A stretch of DNA of 59,265 bases, counting the filler, from Dirinaria sp. TL-2023a (Eukaryota), in assembly GCA_051941275.1 (NCBI GenBank). It is 3 parts of 3 records of this genome, joined end to end, with 100 filler letters (N's around TTAATTAATTAA, not from the genome) between each part and the next. Parts side by side here need not be neighbours in the genome. Positions count along the whole stretch, not along the records: positions 1 to 19,707 come from JAVEBF010000317.1; positions 19,808 to 39,489 come from JAVEBF010000318.1; 1 more part is not named here. One strand, 5' to 3'. Made by a program: the position numbers and the translations under genes. Shown one piece after another: positions 12,306 to 24,781 of the stretch. Position 1 is the first letter of the stretch. Every line of letters starts with the position of its first letter. Below the pieces are notes generated by a model that was not told where the DNA came from, made no database searches, and saw nothing but the letters and a program-made list of their open reading frames with translations.

Positions 12306-13405
12306 ATGACGTCCACCTCCAAGCGTCGTCTTCAAGCTCTCAGCGAACAACTCGTCGTTCCACCCGCCGATGCTGGCACGTTCGAGAACATCCCTAAAAT
12401 CCGGCGGATAGCGCCAGACTCCGCAGGCCCGTTCGTCCTCCCCTCTCTCAGGTTCTACTTTTTCCCTCCCCATCTTCCCCAAATAAACTAGTCGAGCTTT
12501 CAGATTATTGGTTGACGGACATGGCACAGGAAGTTTCAAAACAAAGTCGCCATTCTAACAGGCACGAATTCCCCCCTCGGCATTGGCCGCGCGACGGCCC
12601 ACCTCTTCGCTGCCAATGGCGCAAAATCGATTTACATTTGCGATTTTCGGGATGAATATCTTCCCGTTCATGTGCGAGAACTGAAGTCCTTATATCCTGA
12701 GGTTGAGGTACACGCAAGGCAATTCGATGCACAAGATGAAGAAGCCATGAAGGCTGTAGTGGACGAATGCATGGAGAAGTACGGGAGGCTTGATTTCATG
12801 TTCGCGAATGCCGGGATATCGGGCACGAACAAGCATTTCCGAGATGTAGAGGCTGACGAGGTGAAGAAGGTATTGGGGGTCAATGTCGTGAGGTGAGTGG
12901 GTCTCGGATATGAGTGGGTCAGAGACGGGATGTGTTCATATTCGGCAGTGTCTTTGTCGCCGCCAAATATGCGTCAAAGGCGATGATGAAGACTTCGGAT
13001 GAAAAGCCATTTCCCAGTGGCTCTATCGTTGCGACTGCTTCCGTGGCAGGTTTAAGATCTAATGCTGGCTCTACGGATTATTCTGCCTCGAAAGCGGCGG
13101 TCATTTCGCTCATGCAAACCATGGCTTATCAATTATCGGGCACCGGCATCAGATGTAATGCGATCTGCCCCGGCCTGATCGAGACTGGTATGACAGCCCC
13201 TATGTATGAGGCTGCAAGGGCAAGAGGCAATGAACGGAAGATCGGACAACTGAATCCATTACAACGAGGTGGCTTAGCTGATGAAGTCGCTCGAGTAGCG
13301 CTGTTCTTGGGCAGTGATGAGTCCAGCTATGTGAATGGACAAGCTTGGGCCGTGGATGGTGGCTTGAGTGCTGGGCATCCAGCCGTGCCAGGGAAGATTG
13401 CTTAG
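12306..13405 (+). CDS. Classical short-chain dehydrogenase/reductase with N-terminal PTS2-like signal; 3 exons
   Basis: Introns 12431-12529 and 12893-12948. Cofactor motif [21 protein letters not shown], catalytic S and YSASK (YxxxK), [21 protein letters not shown]. An alternative in-frame ATG lies at 12279. Confidence 0.92.
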
Positions 13406-14458
13406 AGGAAAAGGATGAAATTAGAGACGGGTGAGCAAGTGCCTGTGAGAATCTCTCGCACTTATCGTCGTGGTACTAAAATTGGACATTCAGATATATT
13501 AATTTGCCGGGTTTTTAACTTAGCTATGTGCCCCGATTGCAGCCTGGTGCCCTGGATTTCCCACCAGGACGTGATTTTTTTGCTGCACACAGCTGCGCTT
13601 CTCAAATGCTCTCTGGAGACTGTTAATCAAAGCACGAGGTGCCACTCAAGAACGATGGCATCAAGCCAAACCAAAACTCCGGCCTCGTGGATGGCCTAAT
13701 CGTATGGAGCCTTGATCACCACTGGACCCTAGCTATGTGTCACCAATCATGGGTTGAATGTAGACGTCGACGGTATCGCAGAAGCCTGCTTCCTCTGTGC
13801 TGCTATTGAGAGAAAACACACCATTAAGATCTCATCCGGAATTTTTTCGAATCCTAAAACACATCTAAAAATCCATGCAATGAGGATTCCGCAGGAAGAA
13901 GAATAATCCATCAATTATTTAAACCTTATCTTCGCCGCTACTACTTGTTTCGCCATTTGATATTTCAGCACGACAAAACAACAACCACGTTTCCAAAAAT
14001 TTAAGCTATTATTAGTTTGCGACTCTGGGGTAAAGGATGTTTCAACACCTTACGTCAAAGCCCCTTGCGGCTCTGCGCATATATGCGTCTACCATGGGTT
14101 TGCGACACTCATAATCGGAAGCCTCCGATTGTCCCTGCTCTACGATTCCGATGGCGAAGCAGCCAATTGAAAATGCTATTGGTCATAGCACTGACCACGC
14201 AAAAAGCCACCTTTGAGGCGGGTGCGTAACTTCGTAAGACACATTGGTAAACGGCCTAACACCGTCGCAGCGATATATCCGAGAAATTCGCAGGTATTCG
14301 CGCAGAATCTAATCTTAAAGGACGTATATAGCCTCTTGCTTGCGTCCAAACGGACAATTTAAACTTTCACATGACCATCACCACATGAGCTTCTCGAACC
14401 GCATCTAGTCCTTCTCACTTTGTTCTTGCTGTTATTCTTTGAAGAATTTTGGCCAACC

Positions 14459-15158
14459 ATGTATCTCTCAATTGCCTCGACATCTGCGATGTTCTTAGCA
14501 GCTATGATTTCTACCTCATCAGCTACTCCGTGGAGGATGTTCACTATTCCGAAAGCGCTCATAAAACCTAGCGCGTCTACACCTTTCACCCTCTCAGCGA
14601 ACAACAGCGACGTATTCTTCGACGCGCCATTGAACGCTCAGAACAGCAGTTTTTACATCGGCAACGTCACCGAGTCATCCTGTCCATCCACAGTAAAACT
14701 CTGCCCTCCGGGCAATGTGACCGCGCTGCGCACCTCCGCCAGGGGCGAGGCTCAGATGGTAAGCCGCCCGGAGCTCAACTCTCTCCACCTTATCAGGATC
14801 CCTGTTGACTCCGTTTGTGTAGGATGTGCAGGTTCCCGCAGGCCAGCAAGTCTACGTTGATGTGAACGGAGCGCTCCGCTACACGGTTGCCCACTCCAAC
14901 GTCATACCACCGGGGGGCCTCAATCAGACGTTCTCGCTCTTCCGAGGCAAGCCAACGTATTTCACGTTCTCAGGAGTCGGGAAGGCGAGTGGCTTCCTAG
15001 CGTGTCCGGTCCCCTCCAACTCCACCGTCTGGCAGGTCTACGCCGACCTGCCGAGCCTGACGGATGAGAATATCGTATCGCAGAATATCAGCGCCTGCCT
15101 TGGATTTGATGCGTTGGCGACGAATTATAAGGGGTTTGCTGCTTGGCAGTATGAGTGA
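14459..15158 (+). CDS. Secreted cell-wall protein, PhiA/'IgE-binding protein'-like; 2 exons
   Basis: Signal-peptide-like N-terminus; intron 14759-14822. Motifs LNAQNSSFYIG, CP..CPPGNVT, VPAGQQVYV..GALRYTVAHS, GFLACP, WQVYA and terminal AWQY. Confidence 0.8.
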
Positions 15159-15938
15159 AACATTGTAGTCTCGAATTTGTGTGTGGTTTTGTTTTCCTTC
15201 ATAAAGAAGGAAGAAGATAGAAAGCCCCGGTGGCAAGGTGTTCGGAACACCTAAGTTCACTTTTGAGCGTTTACGGGTATCATAGAACCAGATACAAAGC
15301 AGGCGTCGTGCACGATGGATGCCATGCATACGCTGCAGCAGGCACAGCCGTTCAATCGCTTTTAAAGATAAACGTCTGGTCATCTTGAGATCATGTTCCA
15401 CCTATACTTGCGTAAATGCATCTTATGAAAATTCTAAGCCGTTACCTCGGATATTCTGCTGTGCTACAACACACACGTTCATTGGTCTGACTGGTGGCTC
15501 TAGGCCTTTCCAGGACTTTTCAACAAATACAATGGAGATGAATTCCACTTCATTCGAAAGTAAGAGACTGAGCAAACATAGGCTCATAGGGTACCTCAAT
15601 TCCTAGTCAGATGCCTCCTTACTCTATCCAGCTAGCCCACCTCCCCACCAACGGTTTTCTCGGCCCGAATCGGGACGTGTTGCACTTTACGCGAGGCGAC
15701 TATGCGTCACGGAGGCAACCTGGAGGTCTGTGGCATCCTATTTGTTGAGTATGAGCGACGATGGCCTCAAATTCTCAAAATCTCGAGGTATGCTTTAGGG
15801 TCCTCCAAAGACCTCTTATCCTATCCTTCTTTTCAAGTCCTGATGGAAGCTGATCAGAATTCCAGGTCCTGCAATTTGGAAGGCTGAGGACCGCTCGGAC
15901 TACTAATCAGCATCCACAGTGCTTACAAGTCGTCCAGG

Positions 15939-18062
15939 ATGGTCGCACCGTTCGTCAAACGATCAGTTTCTCCCCTTGAAGCCGAACCAATCTCCCTACT
16001 TCCTGAAGATGAGTTCTTTGCAAGGTCAGATGATGAGAGATCTGAAAATGAGCTGCGCCGGAAAAGACGACGGATAGAAGACCTGGGGAGGAAGTATCTG
16101 GAAGGGAAACCTCTCTTTATTCTCTCGGCGGGCCTGAAAGGACCTTTTAAACCTGGATGGAACAATCCCTGGAGGAAAAACAAGGATGTAAATCATGTTA
16201 TTGAGATACAGAAACAACCAACAAGCAGGCCAAGCTCCACTCGCGGACATCTCGCTAACGTGAGGGGGGTTTCTAATGGCAATACTGGGAATGCCGGTTT
16301 GAAATCGGCTCATCTGCCACCACCGGATGTGAGAACTTCGACGGATTGGCTCAGATCAGATCAAAGCTACCCTGCAATTTCTGTAAACGCAAATCCCGAA
16401 GCTTCAACCCCAGCCCCTTCACCGCAAGCGATACAACAAGTAAACCCTGGCGTTCCAACTGCGCGATCCACTGAGAGGAGTCAGTCCCCCACCGAAAGGC
16501 ATGTATCTCGCTTCACACCTATCAATAAGCAAATAAGAGCGCATTCAGCAGTGCCTCGCAATGCGCCTCCACTTTTTACAGACACTACACACAAACCGAG
16601 CCCCATTGAGCCACCAGATGCGCAAAATGACGCTACATTCCCACAGCAGCCGAGATTGTTTGGTGAGATCGAGTCCAACGATACCAACGATATCGTTAGA
16701 GAGGGTTATATGAATGGGAACGACGTGGGCCAGAAAGCGCTCGATGTGGTTTCGAAAAGCAGAAGCTCCCATGATCGCACAACAGCTCAAACTCCCCTGC
16801 CAGCCCCTCGATCTGGAAATTTCACTAATGGCGAGGATCCGGAAGGAAATTCGGCTGCGGGCGAAGTCACGACCAATAAAGATCGACTCGTAGACGTCCA
16901 GGATGCACTGATGGGCAAGAAGCTAAAGACACCTCCCGAGAAGACTGCCATTGAGCGTGGATCGTTTGCTCAGCAACTGAGAGCGAGTAAAGCCAGAGTC
17001 ACAGCCAAGAGGCTCAGCTTCACTCCATATGGGGGAATTAAATCACTCGATTCTCGGTCGAGTTTTGTGGCGTCATCAGCTTCGTCAGTGGATTTCCGAC
17101 ATGCTAATCACGCCTCTTCTCAATCCTCGCAGAAGCGGTCGAAGAACGCGTCATCGAGTGCGGCAAATGGTTCCTCACCAACAAGTGCTCGCGCGGGTCC
17201 GTCGGATATTTGCCCCCAAGGGCCTGAAGCACAGCTTGTTTCTGCACCACTTGGTCGAGTAGGCATCAGTGCTGCACCATCAGGTCCATCTACAAACATA
17301 ATGGAAACAACCCACGGGACAGACGAAGGGGACTCCTATCTAGACCTATCGACGCAAGCAGCTATCACCAAAGCACAGCGAGCCTTCCAGATTGATCTGA
17401 CACCATCTCTACAAGCCTCTCCTGCGGATGTTAACAATGGAATCTCCCAGCTGAGTCCCACAGCCGTCAAGGCTTCTGGAGCTGGCACGTCGCCTAAACT
17501 CAGGAATGCCCCTTCAAAACCAATCACACCAAAGGGAGAGATGCTCAATACGCAGGCCATGTTAGAGGCTATCTCCCCTTTTGCGGTCACTACTATCAAG
17601 AAGCGCAATCCGCCAGCCAAGTCAGAAGAGGTTCAAAAGCGAGCATCGTTCGTCCCATCACCGGTACCTTCTCCCACTCATACATTTGGGCCCACACGAC
17701 GTTCACTGTCCATGTCTACATCGTCCGATAGCTCCTCTCCAAGCCCGGCACCGCAACCTCGAAAGCCCCTGGTGGAGAGCAAGCCGACGCCCATGCTTTC
17801 CAAGGCATCTACTGCTACTTCCAAACCAGTCTCTACAGCCACTTCGACAGCATTCTCCATCGCGCCAAATGGGACGCTCACAGAAGTATACCAACAAGAT
17901 GGTCAGCAGCCGATCGATGCTGCGATGGGAGTCGGGATGGGTACGGAAGACTGGGACACGGACGAAGCGATTCAAGAGGCCGATAGCTTCCTGGGCACCT
18001 GGAATATCGAATTGGAAGCCCGGAACCAATCCCATGCCGTTCCTAACGGAAGTGGGCGTTGA
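15939..18062 (+). CDS. Conserved fungal hypothetical protein, Ser/Pro-rich and probably nuclear
   Basis: 707-aa ORF. N-terminal block RKRRRIEDLGRKYLEGKPLFILSAGLKGPF..GWNNPW (includes an NLS-like run), LSTQAA and LNTQAM..ISPF motifs, acidic C-terminal ..FLGTW. Function not assignable. Confidence 0.75.
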   Translation: MVAPFVKRSVSPLEAEPISLLPEDEFFARSDDERSENELRRKRRRIEDLGRKYLEGKPLFILSAGLKGPFKPGWNNPWRKNKDVNHVIEIQKQPTSRPSSTRGHLANVRGVSNGNTGNAGLKSAHLPPPDVRTSTDWLRSDQSYPAISVNANPEASTPAPSPQAIQQVNPGVPTARSTERSQSPTERHVSRFTPINKQIRAHSAVPRNAPPLFTDTTHKPSPIEPPDAQNDATFPQQPRLFGEIESNDTNDIVREGYMNGNDVGQKALDVVSKSRSSHDRTTAQTPLPAPRSGNFTNGEDPEGNSAAGEVTTNKDRLVDVQDALMGKKLKTPPEKTAIERGSFAQQLRASKARVTAKRLSFTPYGGIKSLDSRSSFVASSASSVDFRHANHASSQSSQKRSKNASSSAANGSSPTSARAGPSDICPQGPEAQLVSAPLGRVGISAAPSGPSTNIMETTHGTDEGDSYLDLSTQAAITKAQRAFQIDLTPSLQASPADVNNGISQLSPTAVKASGAGTSPKLRNAPSKPITPKGEMLNTQAMLEAISPFAVTTIKKRNPPAKSEEVQKRASFVPSPVPSPTHTFGPTRRSLSMSTSSDSSSPSPAPQPRKPLVESKPTPMLSKASTATSKPVSTATSTAFSIAPNGTLTEVYQQDGQQPIDAAMGVGMGTEDWDTDEAIQEADSFLGTWNIELEARNQSHAVPNGSGR

Positions 18063-19707
18063 TCGGTCAATGCTTGCGCTTTGTGGCCGATTTTGATTCC
18101 CGTGACGGCTATATTGGTTCACATCGTGAAAACTTATGAGTAAGTTAGGAAATATCGTTTTTCGAAATGGTGATGTATGTATTCGACGGCAACCAGCAAC
18201 CAGCGGGGTGGAGTTCTCGGCGGGCAATGGTTTATGCGATCTACCTTGATGTATCTACTGTAATTCTCGCTCCGTCGCGTTATGATACCCTTGTTGCAAG
18301 ATTCCCCAAGTACTTTAAATAATTTCGAATATATATGAAGATAGCCTTAAAAATGGCCATCGACAGAGAAGAAATATTTCGAATCTGGTCGTCTGTGTGT
18401 GGGTTATTTTGGGGTTCGGGCTACTTGGGAAGAGATTCTTCGTTGGTCTCACGACCTATAATTGTTCTTTAATAAATTTTGACCATGGGTGCTGATGAAC
18501 TGATGGGAAGATCGTGGGAAGGAGGGAAGAAGAATCTATGTGCGCATGCTTCTCGTCACTCATCTAGCCATACTGAGATGCGGATCTGATGAGGATCTTT
18601 TGTGCAGTAGCCGTTCACACCCTACCCTTGCAATGCAGATACTGGTATGCAATTACTGTAGTTATGACGACAATTCAGAATTGCGATCGTTGTCACGAGA
18701 TCTAGATGAATATCACGCATGCGTCACTAACGTAGATAGAATAACCCCACCAACGTCGATAAACTTTTGTCCTGATGTGATATTGAAGCATCCCTTTCTA
18801 TCCCCTTTTCGCAAAATTTTGATATTTGGGTTACGTGACCAATCACATTCCAGGAGCCGACTGAACCCAAAAAGGGCCGGTCTGCGGGCGCGGATGTCGA
18901 GGAATGGCCCGGCCATGCACGAATCAAAGCCTATCGCTTCTCCATCCCGCAATTTAATGCTTGCTAATGCTAGAACATATGAAAGACAATCCCAGCCGTG
19001 CGGTTTGCCTCAACGGCATCAACGGCGGCGCCCCCTGTCCCGAAACTCTCAAGCTGGAGCGAGTAATGCTCCGCAAATAATGGCGAGTACGGCGTATTCT
19101 AGGGGATAGGGAAGTTTTTTCTTTTTCTTTTTCTTTTTCAGGGGGTTCCAGCTTAGGAAACCGCCGCCGATGGTCTGGCCTGGGATCCTTCCATACAAAT
19201 GACCGGGGATCGTCATTAGGACGAAACAGTGATCGGCACTTCACGTGGCGATTAACGAAAGAATGGTTCGGAGTGCGAGGATCGCTTCCATCTCATCTTC
19301 TACTGCATTGATCAGCAGCAGCCACGAGTGAATTCCCTTCTATCGTTAGTCCCTTCACTGCGCGGGTATCTTGTTCGCTGAGAGCCTCGATTTGATACAT
19401 TGGTTTGCTCCCGCCGTGCATGGCGCCACTTGATGTCGTCTTGAACAAACTCGATGCAAGCCTTTGTCGTTCTCACGCTCCTCGAGTAAATATTAATAAT
19501 ACCTACTTACTTACACAGAGGGTATCGTTATTCGCCAAGTGCCACCACCTTCTTGTTCAGCTAATACTGATAATTGCGTAAACAAGACTTGTCAAAAAGT
19601 AAAACCGTAGCACAAGAGGTAGTGTCGGTAGTAGTGTGAGGAGACTTTCCTAGTCCGCAACAGTAGTACGTACGGAGTAGAGAATCTTCCCCCCTTCACC
19701 CTTGGCC

Positions 19708-19807
19708 NNNNNNNNNNNNNNNNNNNNNNNNNNNNNNNNNNNNNNNNNNNNTTAATTAATTAANNNNNNNNNNNNNNNNNNNNNNNNNNNNNNNNNNNNN
19801 NNNNNNN
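19708..19807. other. Artificial assembly gap/spacer
   Basis: Exactly 100 bp of N with central TTAATTAATTAA (stop codons in all six frames). Confidence 0.98.
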
Positions 19808-19989
19808 TATTTGAAGTGATGACATTATGTTTTGTACAACGACGCTATATGTATATCCATCCCCACCCAGTGGTTTTTGAAGAAAATATGGAACGCCTTA
19901 TTTCATTTTCCCCCATATGCAGGAAACAAAAAGAGTAGTTTTCCCCGACACCATAGTGTATGCAATGCATGCAAAAAAAAAAAAAAAGC

Positions 19990-20629
19990 TCATTCATAAT
20001 CATCCCGGTTCACCTGCCACGCCATCACCATCATCCACAGCAAAAACACCGTCCCCACGATCAACAGCGAGAACGCCGCCTTCCAATCATTGCACAGCCC
20101 CACCGTCTCCAAGTACGCCAGCGTCGCCTGGCTAGGCCCCGCCGACTTCCGGTACCGGCTGCAGTAGTAATTGACGCTGCCTTGGGGGCCATAGAGCTCT
20201 ATACTCGTCTCGATGAGGCCCGTGAGCCAGAGCACGAAGAGGATGAATGTCCCCAGGACGACGATGCCCGGGAGGAGTTGCCGTTGGTTGATGAGCACCA
20301 TGAGCACGGTGAGGAAGAGGAGCGAGAGGGATCCCACGGCGATCATGTACGGGAAGAGCCTGGGAAGGTTTGCCTCTCGTTAGCTTTCATCGTCATCTTC
20401 TTCTTCTACACTTTCTCTTTTTTTTGCTTTTTTTTTAGGAGAAATAAGAGGTGGAAACTCACCATGGCACACCCTGCCGTGTCGTCGCCTGCACTTCCAT
20501 GAAATACGCAAAAATCCCGAGTTCGGTCGCTGACGCGGCCGCCACCACAATCAGCCAGATGTTCAGCTGCGCTTCCGGCCAGTGGTATTTTCGCCGCCGC
20601 TCGACTACGCGCACGACTTCGGTTGCCAT
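19990..20629 (-). CDS. Conserved fungal multi-pass (about 4 TM, MARVEL-like) membrane protein; 2 exons
   Basis: ATG 20629 MATEVVRVVERRRKYHWPEAQLNIWLIVV..LGIFAYF; intron 20360-20462 joins GVPW/LFPYMI in frame; four hydrophobic segments and a Cys pair in the last loop. Confidence 0.8.
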
Positions 20630-21782
20630 TGTGGAGATCGAGGGCCCCGAAAGCTGTTATGAGGGCCTTCGGATGGGAGGGATAAGGACTTTGGCGGTTG
20701 GAGACTATAGCGCGAGTGTCATACACCGCGCTCGCCCTCTTGCTCCGGCCGCCGATGTGTCCGTCTTGATGAAAGAGTCTTAGAGAGGGCGTTGGTATCT
20801 TGCAATGCGCCCGTGACCGAGATGGCAGCTTTGTAGGTTCTCCAACGATAGTCTCACCAGTCTTTCCCTTTCTTCAAGCCACCGCTACGTGGCTTTTTTA
20901 TCGCGCGGTAGAGGTAGGGTAGGGTATCAATGCAGCGGGCTCCTGTTCGATGAAGTGGATGCGCGCGATTCGAGGAAATTTGGCGAGGTCCAACAAGCTC
21001 CAGCTTTCGGCCAAGACTTTCTTTGAACACTTGTGGAATATGTGCAATGTTGAAGAGGAATGCGGAGAAAACGAGTGACAGGATATGGGTTTGTGAAGAG
21101 AGCAGTCAATGGCTGCGTGACGCAGCGTTTTGCGACTGCTGCTGCCCGAACGATGATGCGGGAGAGGTTGGCTGGATAGTTGGGTGGCGGGGATTGGTCG
21201 ACAGGGTCTGCGGGCCGGAGAAGAACCAGCCATTCCTAATGTGGTAGAATGCCATGTCGAGCTAACTACTTTAGTTGGTCAACCTGAGTCCCTCCAATAT
21301 GGTTGGTTGTGATTGAAGGTACCTGATATCGTACAACTGCAACAACCCAGCTGTTTAGTTGCGTGGCATCTCGTTCTGGACCGAGCGGCTCATCATGTCG
21401 GTTTATGATAAAGGCCTGATTTTTAGTGGCGGTGGAGGCATCTTTAAGGTAATTTTCATGGAAACCCCGGGAAAACCCCGAACTTAAAGTCATTGGCGCG
21501 TTTGAGAGAGCCCCTAAACGATAGAGGGGCGCCAGTTAAAGTATCTGAAGATTTTCCTTCGACGCGTATCTTCACGTCCTCCGCGTCCTCCCCTCCACAA
21601 TTTATTGAGATGTAAGGAGCTCACTTGGTTGACTTCAAAAAAGTGATTCTTGGCAAAGGAAGGGTAAGTCAATATCATTCGCGATAATGGCATCATTGTT
21701 CAATTCACTCCAGACGAATCTATCAATTTCGTTCAATCTGACGCGTTCTTCAAAAGGGTGCCGATTAGAAGCCTGATCCATC

Positions 21783-23808
21783 ATGCGTCGCAAGAAGACA
21801 GCTAAAGCAAAGGACATCAATACCTCACTGGGCTTCTTGACAAAACTTCCACTAGAGATTCAATGTACGATCGGTAAAAATGTAAGCTCTCATCACCAAC
21901 TTCTTCTCAACCTAGGACCTCGGTATTCTATATCCAAGATGCTGACGATGATCTTCAGCTTTCTGCACGTTCTGATGTCAACAACCTTAATAGGACATGC
22001 AAATCGTTGCACGCCGCCACGCTTCCGAAATTATATGGCCACCTCGTTTTGCATATCCCAACTTCGAAATATCAGCTCGCAGCCATTGAGCAGCTTGTGG
22101 CTTTACCTTGCACTGGCCTCCAGTACACTTGGAAGCTTGATGTCCTTGCCGCTCATTGCCACGTCGACAGTGGCTTTTTCGCTAACGAGGATCACTCGGC
22201 AGAAACATGGTCAAAGCGGTCTGATCGGACGACGTCAGAGTCTGCCATTGCTGATACTTTTAACATACTTCTTCGTTTAATCATCTCGAAGATACCACGC
22301 GAATCATTGCAGCAGTTTTCGTATGTCAATGGTTGACTTCAGCCGTCCTTTTCTTCTACGTGCCGTCCATTCTGTAGTGTTACATGTTGGATCTCAACCT
22401 GACGTTCTTTGTGCAGATGGCGCCATATGTGTGACATTGATTTTTCAACCCTCGACCTCCTGTGGAAAGACCACCGCAGAAATCTCAGGAGCTTCGAAAT
22501 TAGCTCGCACTCGCTGAGTGCAAGTCTCGAAGCATGGTCCCACCTGCCTCCAAGCTCACTCCACAGAATCGGCGTTAACTCCGTTCGACCGGAAGCCATG
22601 CCCATAGCCAAGGATTCGATTTTATGGCCTATTGGAATCTCTTCTGAATCGTTGAAAGAACTCTCAATTGGTGATGAAGAGACTGTAAGAGACGAGTACG
22701 TTTACGGCTGCATTGAAGACTATACTGCTCCTGGCGGACGGCAACAAACGTTTACAAGTATGCTCGCGCGAGCTATGGCAAAAATTTGCGACCAAAGGAC
22801 CCGTGGCATTGTAAAGCCGTTGCAGTTGAACTCCGTGAGGCTTCTTGGTGTTGACCTCTCAGAAATCTACAGTCACGAGCCTAGACCTTTCTTCGATTTT
22901 AACATGCTGAAAAGTCTATCATTGGAATCCTGTTCCGGTCTAGAGAGGGTTTACCGGTACTGACTATGGAGCACCAGGTGAACTCGCTAGATAGGCTGGG
23001 GAACCTTCGGTCATTTACTATTCGAAGCGAGAGTTCGAATTTTAATTTGCCAGGACGCTTGCAAAGTTTCCTGTGCTCTTTCACTGGACTTAGTACACTC
23101 TTCGTCATGCTCGAGGGATCCTACTCGTACAGAATCGACTTGAAGACGGTCCTGGATGCCCATGGACAAACATTGCAAAAATTGATCTGGGATACCAAGT
23201 CGCAGCTCAGGAGTAATCCAGATCAGGATGTTTCATTTCACTCGCCTTGGCAACATCTAGCCCAGATCGGCGCTGCATGCCCAGATTTAGTGGAGCTGGG
23301 TGTAAGCCTTGATTGGGACGACATTGTCCCATTTCGAGACAGCGTATGTGATATTCAACATTATTGGCTCTATGCATGCCAACAAAAACGCGCTAATTCT
23401 ACCTAGATTACTGATTCCTTCGATCTCATGAAGCTCCGAATTTTGAACATCCGTAATATGCCGGTTGCAGACCGTGTAGACTCTTATACCGTTTCAGAGG
23501 CAATGCTGCAAGGCTTAGCCATTACCATCGTGAGACTGTACATGGGTCGTATCCCGCAAAAATCCAGCAGTCGGCCGTTGTTGAGGATAATTGCCCTTGG
23601 CTCTCTTAGCTACCGAGATCGATATCTTGGAGGTCACCCTTCCGACGACCTAGATCGTTTCTTCCAGCGAAGGAACTACCATGTCGACTATGTGGAAAAC
23701 TATCAGAAGAAGCCGGCGCCCTTGCTTACGCTGACCTCCAAGGGATGCGTATGCAACGACGAGTTTTCTGAGCAGACTTCCGTCCTGGATCCATATTGGC
23801 TCGCATAG
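21783..23808 (+). CDS. F-box-like / RNI-LRR-like protein with an internal frame break at about 22950-22965 (possible pseudogene or sequencing error)
   Basis: F-box-like LTKLPLEIQCTIGKN/LSARSDVNNLNRTCKSLHAATLPKLY after intron 21882-21958. Further introns 22321-22416 and 23344-23406. LRR-like segments LKSLSLESC, LRSFTI, LSTLFV, CPDLVELGV, LRILNIRNMP. TGA at 22961 interrupts the frame. Confidence 0.75.
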
Positions 23809-24538
23809 ATTGTTGAAAAATTTTTACTCCTCCTTGTTGGAGCCTGTTTCACAGATTATGCGTTGGGCCATCGTCACCCAGTTCGGCCAATACCCACCCA
23901 TTTCTACCTTGCACGGCCTGATCATATGCCCCGGCAGCGTGATTTTTCAGAGGTGTGCCAAGTCAACTGGGAGGAATGGCTCGATCGCCATAATTGGCAA
24001 TTTGCATCATCGGTTTCAACGAGGGACTGGTCTAGTCATCAAGACCCGTTGCTAATGTGGTAAACCCTTCAAGTATATCAACTTCACCATGAGAAGTTCA
24101 ACAGGGAAAATCAAGAACGACGGGAAAAAGCGATTGTCCCTTCTCAGTACTTGGTGAAGGAGTAAGCTTACACTTCTGACGTGGCATTGCATGGTATGGA
24201 GGGCTTTAAAGATTCAAACCAGCTCATTGCGACCTTGAGTACAAAGACCCGCAACTCAGCAAAGCCATCACGAAAAATACATCTCCCTGTTTCGAAGATT
24301 TCCTACTGTACAGCTCAATAGTCTGCAAACGTTTTGTAGATATTTAACACCACACAAAACGATCTGATAGCAATCTCACATCAAAGCAACCTTCTCCAGT
24401 AGCTCCTTTCTAATCTCGATCTTTTACAGTGGAATATCATTTCTTATCTCTCTCTACACCATACAGTACAGTACTTTATAGGCGGAACCAATTCGTTGGA
24501 AGTGGGCTATCTGAGATTTATCGTTTTGATGAAGGGAA

Positions 24539-24781
24539 TGCGGAAGGGCGACTGACGCCCTTTGTTCCTGGCTACCTTTTTAGCGCGGTCAATGCTGCTA
24601 GATAGTGTGAATTATTAAGTGGAAGTCGCCCGGGAGATCCACCTAAGATGAATACCCGCACGGGGTCAACTTGGCGCCTAGGGCGCAGCTGCGTAGCCCA
24701 AATGGCAACTACACTACTACAGTCACCTAGAACACGCAGTCTTGGTGTACTGGCCCTCAAGGTATGGCGTCGAGCTCCGTA
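24539..24781 (+). mobile_element. MITE family copy D (degenerate)
   Basis: Shares ordered blocks TAGCGCGGTCAATG, GGAAGTCGCC, CCACC(T/C)AAGAT, CAACTTG..CCTAGG, AGTCACCTAGA, CTTGG(T/C)GTAC and terminal ..CTCCGTA with the copies at 34.0-35.0 kb. Confidence 0.7.

Noticed and set aside
18540..19244. ORFs 18540-19109 and 18954-19244
   Set aside because: Non-ATG starts, no motifs; the sequence looks like promoter/intergenic DNA.
19752..19763. Palindromic TTAATTAATTAA, repeated at 39534-39545
   Set aside because: Assembly linker inside N runs, not biological.
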